Made by a program: the position numbers and the translations under genes. The notes under the pieces are model-generated. The model was not told the DNA's origin. It worked only from the letters and a program-made list of their open reading frames with translations, and searched no databases. From Octopus vulgaris (lineage: Eukaryota): a stretch of DNA of 64,000 bases. Of this stretch, positions 24,731 through 38,112 are shown in pieces (position 1 is the stretch's first letter; each line of letters starts with the position of its first letter). The stretch is from positions 159,526,001 through 159,590,000 of the forward strand of contig OX597816.1 in assembly GCA_951406725.2 (NCBI GenBank), written 5' to 3'.

Positions 24731-24784
24731 TCTGTAATATAAAAGTGGCCATTTGTTTTTTTTATGTGTTTAATATTTAAGTTT

Positions 24785-25212
24785 AAGCTTAGCATACCAT
24801 GCAAAATGCTTAGCAGCATTTTGTTCATCTTTATGTTCTAAGTTCAAATTCTGCCAACGGTTGACTTTGCCTTTCAACCTTTTGCAGTCGATAAAATAAG
24901 TACCTGTTGAGCACTGGGTTGAATCGATTTGCCCCACTTCTCCTGAAATTGCTGGCCTTGAGCTTAAATTTGAAACCAATATTTAAGTTTAAGTTAGGGT
25001 AGCAAACCTGAAGAATCATTAGAATATTGGGTGGAATGCTTAGCAGCATTTTGTCTGTCTTAACATTCTGAGTTCATATTCTGCCCATAGTTGACTTTGT
25101 TTTTCATTTTCTAGGGGTCATTAAAATAAGTACCAGTTGAACACTGAGGTTGATGTAATCAATTTAACCCTCCCCCCAAATCCCTGACCTTGTGCCAAAA
25201 CTTGAGACTAAT
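24785..25212 (+). mobile_element. Two tandem SINE B copies
   Basis: B consensus appears twice, separated by TAATATTTAAGTTTAAG-like repeats. Confidence 0.85.
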
Positions 25213-25539
25213 ATTTAAGTTTAGGCTTTCTGTCATAATTTTATGAAAGACAGTTTTTATTTCTGTATTTGATAGCATAAAAGCATAAAAGATGTATGGC
25301 TGTATTAGATGCACCATAATTTCAGCAGTGCATATTCTGAAAAAAGAGCATCAGGTATCAAATTAGCTTCTGGTAGGCAGAACTTTGCATAACCTGGGGG
25401 TGATTTTTGAAACATTTTTTGGAAGCAAACTGTACACTTTATATGACATAAGAAAATGGTATGTTCCAAATACAAGCTTTAATAATGGAGAGGTTAGTTA
25501 CTTTGCTAAATCCTTCATGATTTAGCAAAGAATATTATA

Positions 25540-25756
25540 AAGATGACTATAGAAGGGTTAAAGATGGTATATGACATACTGAAAGTATGCAGTGAAGTAA
25601 GACATGTGTTGGTCTCCCACTTAGTCAGTCGTGTAGAGCAGAAATGAATCATTCCCAGTGACTGGGAATGATCCATTTTGACCACAAGGACTGAAAAGGA
25701 TGGTCTAGAATTAAGCAACTGGAAAAGCATCAAAATGATGAAACATTTATGAAAGT
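25540..25756 (+). mobile_element. Old RTE RT N-terminal fragment
   Basis: ILKVCSEVRHVLVSHLVSRV...IPSDWE*SIL...NWKSIKMMKH resembles IP.DW..S.IV..YKGKGD....NYRGIKL. Confidence 0.55.
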
Positions 25757-26131
25757 AGGAATGGCTGTGTGGTAAGTAGCTTGCTTACCAACCACATGGT
25801 TCCGGGTTCAGTCCCACTGCATGGCACCTTGGGCAAGTGTCTTCTACTATAGCCTCGGGCCAACCAAAGCCTTGTGAGTGGATTTAGTAGACGGAAACTG
25901 AAAGAAGCCCGTTGTATATATATGTATGTATGTGTATATGTTTGTGTGCCTGTGTTTGTCCCCCCAACATCGCTTGACAACCAATGGTGGTGTGTTTATG
26001 TCCCCGTTACTTAGTGGTTCAGCAAAAAAAACCAATAGAATAAGTACGAGGCATCCAAAGAATAAGTCCTGAGGTCGATTTACTTGACTAAAGGCGGTGG
26101 TCCAGCATGGCCACAGTCAAATGACAGAAAC
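25757..26131 (+). mobile_element. SINE family A, full length
   Basis: Complete head, core, internal (TA/TG) microsatellite and tail. Confidence 0.92.
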
Positions 26132-27309
26132 ATTTACATGCCACCAGCATAGGTGCCAGTTAGATGGTACTGGCATCGGTCACAACTATGATTTCACTTG
26201 GCTTGACAGGTCTTCCCAAGCACAAAGTATAATCTACCACATAACATCTTTCTTCTCTCTCTCTCTCTCTTTTGTCCTTCTTGCAACTATCATTTATCTC
26301 TATCTGCTGACACTTCTTATATTAGATATTCTCACCATATCTTCAAACCAACACAGCTCTCTTTTATGCAAATCAAACAATCTCACAAATACAAAACCTG
26401 CTTTCTAAATCTAAATCTAGCAAAATATTACCTCAGTTTACATATCCAACAGATTACATTTACATTAATAATCTTTGATAATCTAACTTCATTTTGCTCA
26501 CAGTCTCTGCTATATATACAGAGAACATGACAATTTCATTGCATGCAACATCTAAAACCAATCGTTTTTTTTTGGAGAAAACTAGGGATGGTGTGCATTA
26601 GCGACAATAAATCAATTGGAGAAATTTACCTTACTCGAAAGGAGAGTTCAATAACTTTATTTGCTGTAAAAAATATAGAAACTGATATATTTAGACCTTC
26701 TTTTTTTATCTGAGAGTGATGAAGAGCGTAAAAGTGGTATTTTATTTAGGCTGTCAGCAAATTTTTTCATTTCATGAGTGAATCCATTTGTCCAAATCAG
26801 AGGTTATATTTCATTCCCTAAGCTGTTTCAATGTAGACAATAACGCTGCTGCTGCTGCTACTGCTAGCTATGGTTTCGCTATTAAATTCGTAAGATAAAT
26901 AATATAATACAATTTAGTTAGCTACGCCCACTAAGCCATATTAATTTTTTTTGCCTTCTCAACCACATATCAATTGTTGTATCCTCCACCACTTCCTCCT
27001 CCTCTTCATCGTCATTGTCTTCTTCATATCCGCTTTTCAATGCTGGCGAAGTTAGGTAAAATTCTTTTATGGATTATTATATGACAAGATGCCCTTCTTT
27101 GATGCCAACCCTAACTTGCTTTCAAGGAAAGTACTTTCTTCCACTGGTCTCTGCACATCAAACCACCAAGACGTGGACATAGTGTTTATGCAAAACATAA
27201 ATAAACATCACCGCTGTCCATGTAGTATCAATGCAAAACCACACACATACATTTATATAGACTTAGGGTGTGATCTGAGGGAGATTTAGCTACTATTTCT
27301 AGCAGGTTG

Positions 27310-27560
27310 AAATACTGGGATAGTAGAAGTGACAGCAACCAGACAAAATCAAAGGAGATGCTTATCTAAGGAATGAGATACACTCCAGTATGTTTCCAGG
27401 GATCAGGACAGATCTTTGTTAAGAGGGAGAGAAGCTTCAGAGCATATTGTTTGAGGTTAACAGAAAAAAAAATATAGTCAAGTGTTTGATCAGTGGCTGG
27501 GTTGGTTTGAAGCAGACCAAGGTTCTATCACATTCAGCTTCTATGTGTGTATGAGAGTGA
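27310..27560 (-). mobile_element. Possible decayed CR1/Jockey RT fragment
   Basis: LKQYALKLLSLLTKICPDPWKHTGVYLIP resembles LK.CA..L...L.....P..WK.A.V.PIPK. Confidence 0.3.
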
Positions 27561-28049
27561 ACTAGATGAAGTCAAGACGGGTGATTTGGGAACAGACCTA
27601 CCTAGTTAACCAGAAGTGCATTAAGCAGTGTTGTTTCAAATATAAATGTGTACAGTTATTAGTTAACATATCTTGGGAAAAATGCTTGGCAGCATTTTGT
27701 CCATCTTTATGTTCTAAGTTCAAATTTTGCCATGGTTGACTTAGCCTTTCATCCGTTTGGGATTAATGAAATAATACCAGTTGAATACTTGGGTTGACAT
27801 AATTGACTTATTCCCTCCCCTGAAATTGCTGGTTTTGCGCCAGAATTTGAAACCATTGTTTAACATGTTTGGATAAACTCAAAGGGGAAAAAACCTTTTG
27901 CTGCAGAGGCTGTCTCAGTAAAGAAATTTTCCTTAAAGACAAGCAGTGTGAAAAATACACCATTGGGCTATGAATGATGTCATTAGACAATAAGAAATGT
28001 GTTTATGCCTTGTTATATTTCATATACTTCATGATACCAAATCCATCAT

Positions 28050-28621
28050 TTACAACCCACTGAAGCATAACTGAAGCTCAGAATTGGCAAGACATTGGCC
28101 ATATTTAGAAGATTGACAATACTTTGGTGTAACAATAACATAAGTATAGAGCTGAAGATTCGTCTGTACAAAACAGCAAAACTACCAATAGTGATCTATG
28201 CAGATGAGGCCTGGAAGACGACAACAAAAATTGCCTGCTGACTCGATCTATTTCATCAGCTGTGCCTCAGAAAGATCCTAAGAATCACTTTACAAGACAG
28301 AGTAACAAATGAAGCCATTCTCCAAGCAGCGAGAGTAAGGCCCCTGCATGTAATTGTAACCGAATGACGAATGTGAATGGCTGGACACATACTAAGACTG
28401 CTAGAGGAGAGGCTTGCCAAAACAGCTATGGGCTGGATGCCACTGGAATGTGAGAGAAAATGAGGTTGACCATGGAAGACATACATGGTGTAGTAACTTC
28501 AAAGAAGACCTACACAGATTGAACATCACCTAGGAAGAAGCAAACCAGTTGGCCATAGGCAGAGATAATTGGTGATCACTAATTGCCCAATGTGCCACTC
28601 AAAAGCACCAATGGACCTAAG
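28050..28621 (+). mobile_element. RTE (BovB-like) LINE 3' end, stop-riddled
   Basis: IGKTLAIFRRL...ISIELKIRLYKT..LPIVIYADEAWKTT...LDLFHQLCLRKILRITLQDRVTNEAIL...MAGHILRLLEERLAKTAMGW; followed by (GA)n. Confidence 0.9.
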
Positions 28622-29628
28622 AGAGAGAGATAGAGAGTGAGAGAGAGAGAGAAAGAGAGAGAGATAGAGAAAAAGAGAGAGAGAGAAGCATAATGTCACA
28701 GAAACACGTGTCCTATGGTGCAGTGATGCCATTCAAAGCCCACAGATGTGTTTTTTATACATTGTCTTGGCATGGCTGAGTAGTAAGAAGTTTGCTTCCC
28801 AACCACATGATTTCAGGTTCAGTTCCACTGCATGGAACCTTAGGCAAATGTCTTCTACACACATTTCCATAGAATATTGGAAATGAATGACACTGCTTAT
28901 ATAACAGTGACACTCATTTACAAATATCATGTAATGTCAAGACAAAGGAACACAAATACTCACACACCTAGATACACCACAGACACACACACACACAAAC
29001 ATACACATCATATGTACACAGACACAAACATACACATCATGTGTACACACACGCACACACATATATACAACAAGCTTCTTTCAGTTTCCATCTACTAAAT
29101 TCACTCACAAAGCTTCGGTCAGCCTGGAGCTATAATAGAAGGTACTTGCCGAAGGTGCCATGTAGTGGGATTGATCCCAGAACCACATAGTTGGGAAGCA
29201 AATTTCTCAACCACACAGTCACAGCTGCACCTAAATTGTGAATACAATCTTTAAATTAAACACCATGTCAACATTGCAAAGGAAGGCAGTGAAGTGTGTG
29301 GTTGAAGAAATGAATTTATTTTATTTTGAGGTAGAGTCGTTCACGGTCATTAACCAAAGAAAAAAAACAAAAAGAAGACAAAGGTAAAAAGAAGTTAGGT
29401 AATAGTCAATTACTATGAAATTAATTTCACACTTACTGTAAAGAAAAGAAATAAAGCAATACTGCAACTAAAACTAGACAGAAAATTAGAAAATTAAATG
29501 CCAATTACTTGACTGAGTAATACTTGATTAAGCAGTATACTTCAACAATAGAAAGTTAGAGTTGGTTAGGTTGTTAAAGTGCCAATTTACATATTGAACA
29601 GGTTACAGTTTATATTATAGTAAAGTTT

Positions 29629-30219
29629 TTGATTGGTTCAAATATGTTTGGCACATTCTTCAGCTGTAGAAGTGCCGTTTCAAATGTGCTTTGACATGGA
29701 GAAATATACTTGCTTTAGGCAAAAGGTGTAAAACATTAAAGTCCTTTTGTAGCACCTACTATGAACTAATATATGTATTTCAAGCTACCGGTGCTTTCAA
29801 AAGTATTAAATACCATGTAAGACAACTATGAAGTGAATGGAAGCTTTTGCGTCCTTATAAGAAATCAGTAGAAATTATCCACATACAGATGCTGCAACTG
29901 CCATGTTAAAATACATGTGTTGTGAAATAAACAAACTTTTCAATCAGTCCAAATATGTTTGGGATAAATTTGACCTGTAAAAAGGACATTTTCAATGTGG
30001 TTTGCCATGGAGAAATATACTTGCTTTAGGCATAAGTATCTTGAAATGCATATACTTGTCCATAGGTGGCAATACAAAATGGCTTTGATTTTTTACACTT
30101 TTTCTTAAAGTGAGAATTTTTCTCTATGGCAAAATCTCTGTAAAATGGGGTTTTTTTTACAAGTAAAATACATCCTAAACATTTGAACTGATTGAAAAAT
30201 TTTCATTTATTGACAACAC
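29629..30219. repeat. Three diverged copies of a unit of about 100 bp (two direct, one inverted)
   Basis: CAAATATGTTTGG...CATGGAGAAATATACTTGCTTTAGGC at about 29629-29720 and 29938-30031; inverted copy at about 30103-30219. Confidence 0.7.
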
Positions 30220-30401
30220 TGCTTTGCATACAAACCATGTATCATATCAAAGGTTTGTGTTTAACCTTCAAGCAGACATGTGATCAAAAACATATAACCA
30301 AGCAGACATTTAATAGAAGACTTTTCCATTCTTGTCCATCCTGTCTTTTGCCTCAGTTATATGCATGAAGGACTGCATAAGCCCATGTGTCTTTTTTTTA
30401 A

Positions 30402-30605
30402 CCTTTTAGCATTCAGATTAATGTAATAGTTATCTGTTCTCATTGTTTTGAATTAACCATGGATCATTTTTTAGCTTCAAGATTTCAATGATGTGATTGT
30501 ATATTTTTACAATGACATTGTAGGGTAGGTGTGAGAGGCAAGATCTGGCCAGTTTTAAGATAAAACAGGTAGAACAGTTGGGTAAGATATGGCTGTTTTA
30601 AATGT
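30402..30605 (+). mobile_element. TTAA-flanked piggyBac-type MITE (family E), right end truncated
   Basis: TTAA|CCTTTTAGCATT start; inverted homologue of 41204-41432. Confidence 0.65.
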
Positions 30606-33599
30606 CCGTGTGCACACACATTCGTGCATGTGTACATATGTGTGTGTAAGAGTGTATACATGTGTTTGTGTTACTTGTTTTGACATCAAGTGATAATTGC
30701 AGACAGGTGTCATCATCATACAAACAGTGTCGTTTGTTTTCAACCTAACATAAAAACATGTCTGGCCATAAGGAAATATTATTACCTTGCTCGTAAACAG
30801 AGGGTTGATGTCATGAGGAACATCCAGCCATAGAAAATCTGCCTCACTGAATTCCATCTGATCAATGAAAGCATGGAAAATTGGATGTTGATGATGATGA
30901 GGATGATGCTACTGCTGCCACCACCACAGCCACCACTGTCAATAATGACAATGACAATGATGACAACAATGATGGCAATGTTGATGGTGACGATGGCGAT
31001 GATAGCAACGACGACAATGACGACTTTGAATACCACTTTTCCTGCCTCCTTAATTTTCTGCACAGAGGCATCATCTCCATATAACCAAGGCACCTCATTC
31101 CAGAAACACATTACTTTTATAAGCAGGATCTTAAAACCATTCATAAAAAGGGGATGAAAGCTTAGTTTCCTTTCAAACAGCCCAAGATACATAACAAGGA
31201 AATAATCTTGTATGTATCTGTGATGAATTTTTTACTGTTTCAAAAGTCATTTTTTTCATTTCTCACAGCTGGAGAATGAGGAAACTTGAAACTTTTTCAA
31301 CTGTACAGCAACTTTTCATCCCACATTCTTTGCCTCTTTTCTTCAGCTCCGTTCCTCAGAAATTGCAAGTAGTTAGAATTTCTGGATCAGATTTTATCAG
31401 TTTCCATCTTTCTCTCACCTTTGACATGCGTCTTGAGTCAACATTTCTCGATGGTTCTGTACCTTACTTTTAAATTCAGTACCTTGTCATAATTGCTATT
31501 CACAATCGCCACCTTTTGGGACCACCATTTGCCAATCTTCACACAACATCATATCCATTTCACAACATTTTTGAACTTGATGAATGCTCGACCATCGACA
31601 TTTTGAATAAACAGCATTTCTTCCTTCATGATACCAGCAGACCATTTTTTTTCTCCATCGACAATGCCACTAAAATTTATTTCAACCAGTTTACATATGG
31701 ACGTTTCAAATCCCAGATTTGTTAATATTTCAACATCCTTTTTCATCGCAAGTACAGTAACCAGCTCATTTAAACATCCTGCTTTGTTCAGTGTATGGTT
31801 TACACTGTTTTTATCACTGCAAGTTCAGCTTCTCATGATCATCCTTGCACCATCTCAACTTTTGCCACTGCCAGTTCATTGCTTACTTTCAGCATTACAG
31901 CTTTTGCCATATTGTTATTTTCTTCTTATATGAGGTTGCGAGACTTAATTTCTCAGCGTACTAAACGTTTTCAGAAGAATTTTCCTGTATGTACTTTGAC
32001 AATGCCTTGCACTACTGTTTTCACCTTCAGTATGTGTGCGCTATATAATATCATACATATACATAACTTACCGTATTTTTGCATTGTTGGATTCAATTTT
32101 TGTGGACTTTCTAAAAACTTGCATGACTTGAACTAACTTGAACACATGCACATAAATTGGAACTTTTCCTTAGCTTGCACCTAGTTTGGCATTTCTGCTG
32201 CTTGCTTTTTCACGTATTTGTTTACTTTTCTTTGCATTTGCTTAGTTTTGTATATAACTTAATTTTTAATTTTTCAGGACATCTATTCACATACTTATAT
32301 TTTTTATGAATATTCTGTATATTTGTAAAATTGTCTCAACTTTCATACACATGCTTGCATGCCTTCACCCGGTTATACTCATGCACCATATATCATACTT
32401 TTGGGTCGCTTTCTCATGCTCACTGTGCCCTTGTAAGACACAACTTAACTCTATTAGACCCCTGGATGTTCACGTTATAAATAGAAAGTTGCCTGTCTCT
32501 TGCAATGCGCCAGCATGTCACTATCATTTTTTGCCACTCATGTGCACACACACTTTGCCTCAGTCATGCTAAGTCTGGCTTTTACGTGCCACCAGCACGA
32601 GGGCCAGTTTAGCAGTACTGGCAATGGCCTTTCTAAAATAATATTTGATGTGGTTTATATGACTGGAAATATAATTTCAAAGTGTTCATGGTGTCATAAT
32701 GAAGATCTGGTGAAATACTTTACAATTAAAAAAAAAAAAAACTGGAGAAACTTTTTCAAATATAAAAAAAAGTGGAAGTATACAAAAATAACCATTATTT
32801 TCCATCTTTCTATTTGTTTTGTTTAATTTTGAAAAATAAAAATTTATCCTACGTTTTATTATTGTTTATATTTTAAATTACATATAAGTATATGGGGGCA
32901 TCAAAATCTTTTAAGTGGGTCTTAATCCAGCCCGGGTAATTAGTTCAAACCACAATATAAACCCTCATTGATTTTGTCCCTCTTCATCTGACTAATAAAA
33001 AAACAAAGAAACAATATTCAGCCTTCCCATTCTTTCTAATCATTTATCATAGTCTACCATCAAATAGTGTTACCATAGCAATCATGGCGTTATCTTAATT
33101 GTATTTCAATGTCTAGACAATTGTCCAGAGGATTTAACATCACTGACTAAATACTTTATGCATAATAAACGTTGTTATGTCTCGTCTTCAGGTACCATGT
33201 TTGAAAGCTCAATAATATTTATTGTAGTACAAGGTTTCAATAAATGTTTTCTCCACAGTACCTTGTTTTGGTGGATAGATTATTATGTATACACTAGCTG
33301 ATCATGTGCTGTCAATAATGACAGCTTATTGCAGTATTTTATATATAAATAAGGTACAAAATATGCTATATAATAATCATACATACAAACATTCACATAC
33401 TTCCCTTGTACATGCAAACATACACACATATACTCACACAGAGTTGAAATGCTGATTTTTTTTCACCCCTTCCTTTCTATCACTCCCTCTCAGTTTGGGC
33501 TATTACTCTCACTACTTCTCCTTCGCTGAATTACTATTTTCTCTCCTCCTCTATGTCTGGCGTGATTCTGGACTTGTGTTTGTGAAATTTTTGTATCTT

Positions 33600-33995
33600 T
33601 GCTGTAAGGCTTCATTTTCACACATGCCAGCTTAATTCAATTCGTCCTTAGTCGAAAGACACCTGTTGTTATGTCCTGTTACTATTCTTATTGTATTTTT
33701 TATTGTATTTATATTTGTCTAACATTGTCTGTTTTTTTCCGTCCTTGTTTTTGTATTCATTCGCTGCTTTCTTCCATGGAATTTAATGCTCTTAGCTTAG
33801 TTTTTCCTTGGGGCTGGCCAGATTGGAGCAATCTCAAGAATAATCAGCCAAAATTGTGAGGATAATCTGGTTCTTGACTGAAGATAGAAAACTTCGAATG
33901 ACCGGTCCTTGTTTTCTTTGTATCGTCTATCTGGATGTTTTGTTGTCCCTTTTTGTATCACCTAGTTGTCTGGATGTTTTGTGTTCTTGTGCCAT
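33600..33995 (+). mobile_element. Unclassified interspersed repeat; inverted partial copy at about 36650-36800
   Basis: ATCAGC.AAATTG..AGATAATCTGGT..TTGACTGA.GA.AGAAAACTTCGAATGACC is shared by both copies; T-rich, Penelope-like composition. Confidence 0.55.
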
Positions 33996-35005
33996 TTTGT
34001 ATATAAATATATATATATATATATACACACAAATATATAAAAACACTATGTTCGTTATTATATTAGGAGATACATGGTCTGTCTTGCCTAAAGATGATCT
34101 CATAGGTTTGCTTTGTTTTAAAGGCAACTCCCACATATAAAGGTAAAGAAGATGTAGGATAAAGTATGATAGTCATGTCTTTCTCAAAGGCGTTACATAA
34201 GCAAACATAGTTAAAAAGGATTACAATCAGGGATAAAAATTTACAGGATGCCTAAGTTTGTCAGGAGCTTACTTCTTACTCTACTGCACTTATTCCCTGA
34301 CATAGTGATACAAAATATAGATAACAATGAAGTTGATGTGAATAACAATCTAATTCATGACACATTGTATCATCATTTTGACATCTGCTTTTCCATGGAT
34401 CAGGTGGGACTGCTGTCTGAAATGTTATCTTGCCATAGCAAACAGCTCTGTCCCAGCAGACATGTCTAAGTTCTGATGTACTCAGACACCAGCCTTCATA
34501 TGTCTCCTATCTACCAGTTCTTCGAACAACAAACAGCTTGGTCATTGTAATGCGGAGAACTGGAAATGAATGACACAGTTTGAACAACCAATGAATACAC
34601 GCGAAGATGAAGGTAAATACAAACTATACAAAGAAACATACACAAACAGACACACATGCACACACACAATCACTCACATACACATGCACAGATCCACAAA
34701 TCCACATACACATAGGTGCACACACACATATATATACATACTCATACCTTAGCACTTTGAGCAAGTGTCTTTTAATTGAGCCTCAGGCTGACCAAAGCCT
34801 TGTGAGTGGACTTGGCGATAGACACTGAAAAAATCCTGTCATGTGTGTGTGTGTGTGTGTGTGTATGTGTGTGCGCATGCATGTGTGTGTGTACATGCGT
34901 GCGTTTATACATGTATGCCAGGTTGCTCTTAGTGCTACTGGTAACTCATAGCCCAGTATAACCTGTCACACAGTCAGGCTGTTGGCCACTAACAGCAATC
35001 CTGTT

Positions 35006-35210
35006 AGGTGGCGAACTGGCAGAAACGTTAGCACACCTGGTGAAATGCTTGGTGGTATTTTGTCTGTCTTTACGTTATGAGTTCAAATTTCACCGAGGTT
35101 GACTTCGTCTTTCATCCTTTCAGGGTCGATAAATTAAGTACCAGTTGCGTACTGGGGTCGGTCTAATCGACTACTTCCCCAAAATTTCGGGCCTTGTGCC
35201 TAGAGTAGAA
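35006..35210 (+). mobile_element. SINE family B, full length (central domain Meta-SINE-like)
   Basis: GGTGGCGAACTGGCAGAAACGTTAGCAC...GAGTTCAAAT...CTTTCATCCTTTCAGGGTCGATAAATTAAGTACCAG...GGCCTTGTGCCTAGAGTAGAAA. Confidence 0.88.
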
Positions 35211-35367
35211 AAAAAAATAATAATAAAAATAAAACAGTAATCCTGTCAAGGCTGCTTGACAAGAAAAGTGGCTTTTGCTGGACATCCTGCAAGACAAAAA
35301 AAACAAAGCCTGACAAAGGGTAGCTAAACTTTGATCAGTCAATGGCCATCTAACAGCTGTAAATCCA

Positions 35368-35722
35368 GCTGGAGCACCGCCTTTAGTCGAACTAATTGAC
35401 CCCAGGACTTAATCTTTGTATACCTAGTACTTATTCTATCAGTCTCTTTTGCTGAACCAGAAAGTTATGGGGACATAATCACACCAACATCGGTTGTGAA
35501 GCCATGGTGGGGGGACAAACACAGACACACAACTACATGCACACACACACACACACACACATACATATACGACAGGCTTCTTCCGGTTTCTGTCTACCAA
35601 ATCCACTCACAAGGCTTTGGTTGGCCTGAGGCTATAGCAGAAGACACTTGCCCAAGGTGCCACGTGGAGAGACTGAACCCGGAACCATGTGTTTGGGAAG
35701 CAAGTTTCTTACCACACAGCCA
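35368..35722 (-). mobile_element. SINE family A
   Basis: Reverse complement of the A consensus. Confidence 0.88.
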
Positions 35723-35862
35723 TGTATGTACATAGATTTTCACGTTCCACTTTGCTTCCAATATAGTAGTTAAGTGAATACCATATTTAGTTGCTTAGTA
35801 GTTTTGCTACTTATGAAATACAGATCAAATGTAGAAGAGATAATGATGGACACATGTTTATA

Positions 35863-36118
35863 CTATTAGTTCCTATGCATGTCTTACCTTTATGGTCATT
35901 TGGAATTCTGCATCTAAGTTTAATTGGATACTTAACCAGAACTGATCATAAGGGAACACTTTAATGTATTAAGTTACAGAGAACTAATATCATTAGTTCT
36001 CCTTAACTTAATACATCAAAGTGTCCCTGATGATCCATTCTGGTTAAGCATCCAAAAGCACCTGAAGTATCCAATGCAGAGTTCAAAGTAACCACAATGG
36101 TGAAAGAACTAATAATAG
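35863..36118. repeat. Degenerate fold-back palindrome centred at about 35990
   Basis: Centre AGAACTAAT-ATC-ATTAGTTCT, with arms pairing outward (GGATACTTAACCAGAA / TTCTGGTTAAGCATCC). Confidence 0.8.
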
Positions 36119-36120
36119 AA

Positions 36121-36392
36121 ATTATTATTATTATTATTATTATTTATTCAAGGCGCTGCTTAGAAATGAACTCGGAATCTTGGAGTTAGAAGCCTATGCT
36201 CTTAACCACTATATTTCGGCTGATTTACTCTCCAGCTTTTATCAGGTGTCCTGGTGGAATTTTGAACCCAATTGTGGGTTCTCATTCATAAGGTATTGTT
36301 TTGCTGATGTTATTATTATTATCATTTATCCAAGGCACTGTCTGGAATTGAACTCAGAATCTTGGGGTTAGTAGCCGGCGCTTTTAACCACA
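36121..36392 (-). mobile_element. Composite mini-element: tRNA-like head-(AAT)n-hammerhead-like core-tRNA-like head-(AAT)n
   Basis: Heads GTGGTTAA.AGC...GATTC.GAGTTCA.TTC appear twice; between them lies CTGATAAAAGCTG-GAGAGTAAAT-CAGCCGAAA (36214-36245). Confidence 0.5.
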
Positions 36393-36454
36393 ATATAAAC
36401 TCGTGATTATCTGTTTACATTTAATCTTTACACACATATATATATATCATCTTA

Positions 36455-36494
<40 letters not shown>

Positions 36495-36499
36495 GTCTG

Positions 36500-36591
<92 letters not shown>

Positions 36592-36612
36592 ATCTATCTA
36601 TCTATCTATATA
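36455..36612 (+). repeat. (ATCT)n microsatellite
   Basis: Read directly. Confidence 0.97.
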
Positions 36613-37016
36613 GACCAAAGTGTACATACACCACTAAATATATATATATCAAAAATACAAAATGGGACAACACAACATCCATACAGACGATACAAAGAAA
36701 ACAAGTACGGGTCATTCGAAGTTTTCTTTCCTCAGTCAAATACCAGATTATCTTTGCAATTTCAGCTGATTTTTCCGTCCTTGTTTTTGTATACATTGTG
36801 TATACCTGTGTATCTGTATATGTGTGTGCCTGTGTATCTGTTTACATTTAAACTTTCCCAACATATTCACACTCACAAATAAGCACACACATTTTAAACA
36901 TCCCACCCCGCAACACACACATAATAGATACATTTAGGATAAATGCAGGAGCAAAAGCGAATTAATTGAAGCTTTTACCTGTATCTGAATACATCGATAG
37001 AATTGCATGAACAGAA

Positions 37017-37052
<36 letters not shown>

Positions 37053-37067
37053 GATAGATAAATAGAA

Positions 37068-37101
<34 letters not shown>

Positions 37102-37267
37102 AGATATAGATATATATATATCTGTGTATGTGTTTGTGTGTGGCTACACGCACACACAAATACACACATATATGGAAGTGGATCTTTCATCAGCTCAGTA
37201 GATAAACTGCCATCTATGAGTGTATATATATATACACACACACACACGTGCACACACACACACACAG

Positions 37268-37302
<35 letters not shown>

Positions 37303-37862
37303 TACACATACACATGTATATAGAGGTGTGTCTATCTTTAGCTGAGTCGTTAAAGGAAATATATAATCAGGATTATTTTGGTATTTAACTAGATTATTCT
37401 GATTGATATATAATTCCTTAAAACCTATAAAACCTTGCTATGCATTCCTACCTGTTGGCGCCAATTCAGCTTAATCTCATCCATGACATCATCATCACCA
37501 TCACCACCATTATCATTGCCATGATGATGATGATGATGATGATGATTATCATCATCATCACCATCATCATATTCATCTTCATCATAGCTATTGTCGTTTC
37601 AATATATATTTTTCTATGCTTGAATGGGCCAAATGGAATTTGTACAGGCAGATTTTCTATGGCAGGACGCCCTTCATAACGTTTCTCCATCGTGTGATAT
37701 GCTTTCATGGAAAATTGGTAATGAAGGACATTGCATGCATGATGGTGATGCTAGTTTACAAATATCCCCCAATGTCAAAGCAAAGAGATACAAGCATGCG
37801 ACCCTCCCTACATAAACACACACATATGCTTACATACATACATACATACATACGTACATACA

Positions 37863-37961
<99 letters not shown>

Positions 37962-38112
37962 ATATATACATACATACACACACACACATACATTCAAATA
38001 TATGTGTGTGTGTGTGTGTGTTTATGTTCAGTTATAATAAAAACAAATTTTTATTAATCTGATGGGTTACTCTATACTTCCTTTGAGTGCAAATTTTATA
38101 TTTTTAAATATT

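Noticed and set aside
25648-25672. Perfect 12-bp-arm palindrome ATCATTCCCAGT-G-ACTGGGAATGAT
   Set aside because: Short and within a decayed RTE coding fragment; likely incidental.
25757-25830. SINE heads as tRNA genes
   Set aside because: A/B-box-like motifs only, with no convincing cloverleaf, and always attached to SINE bodies.
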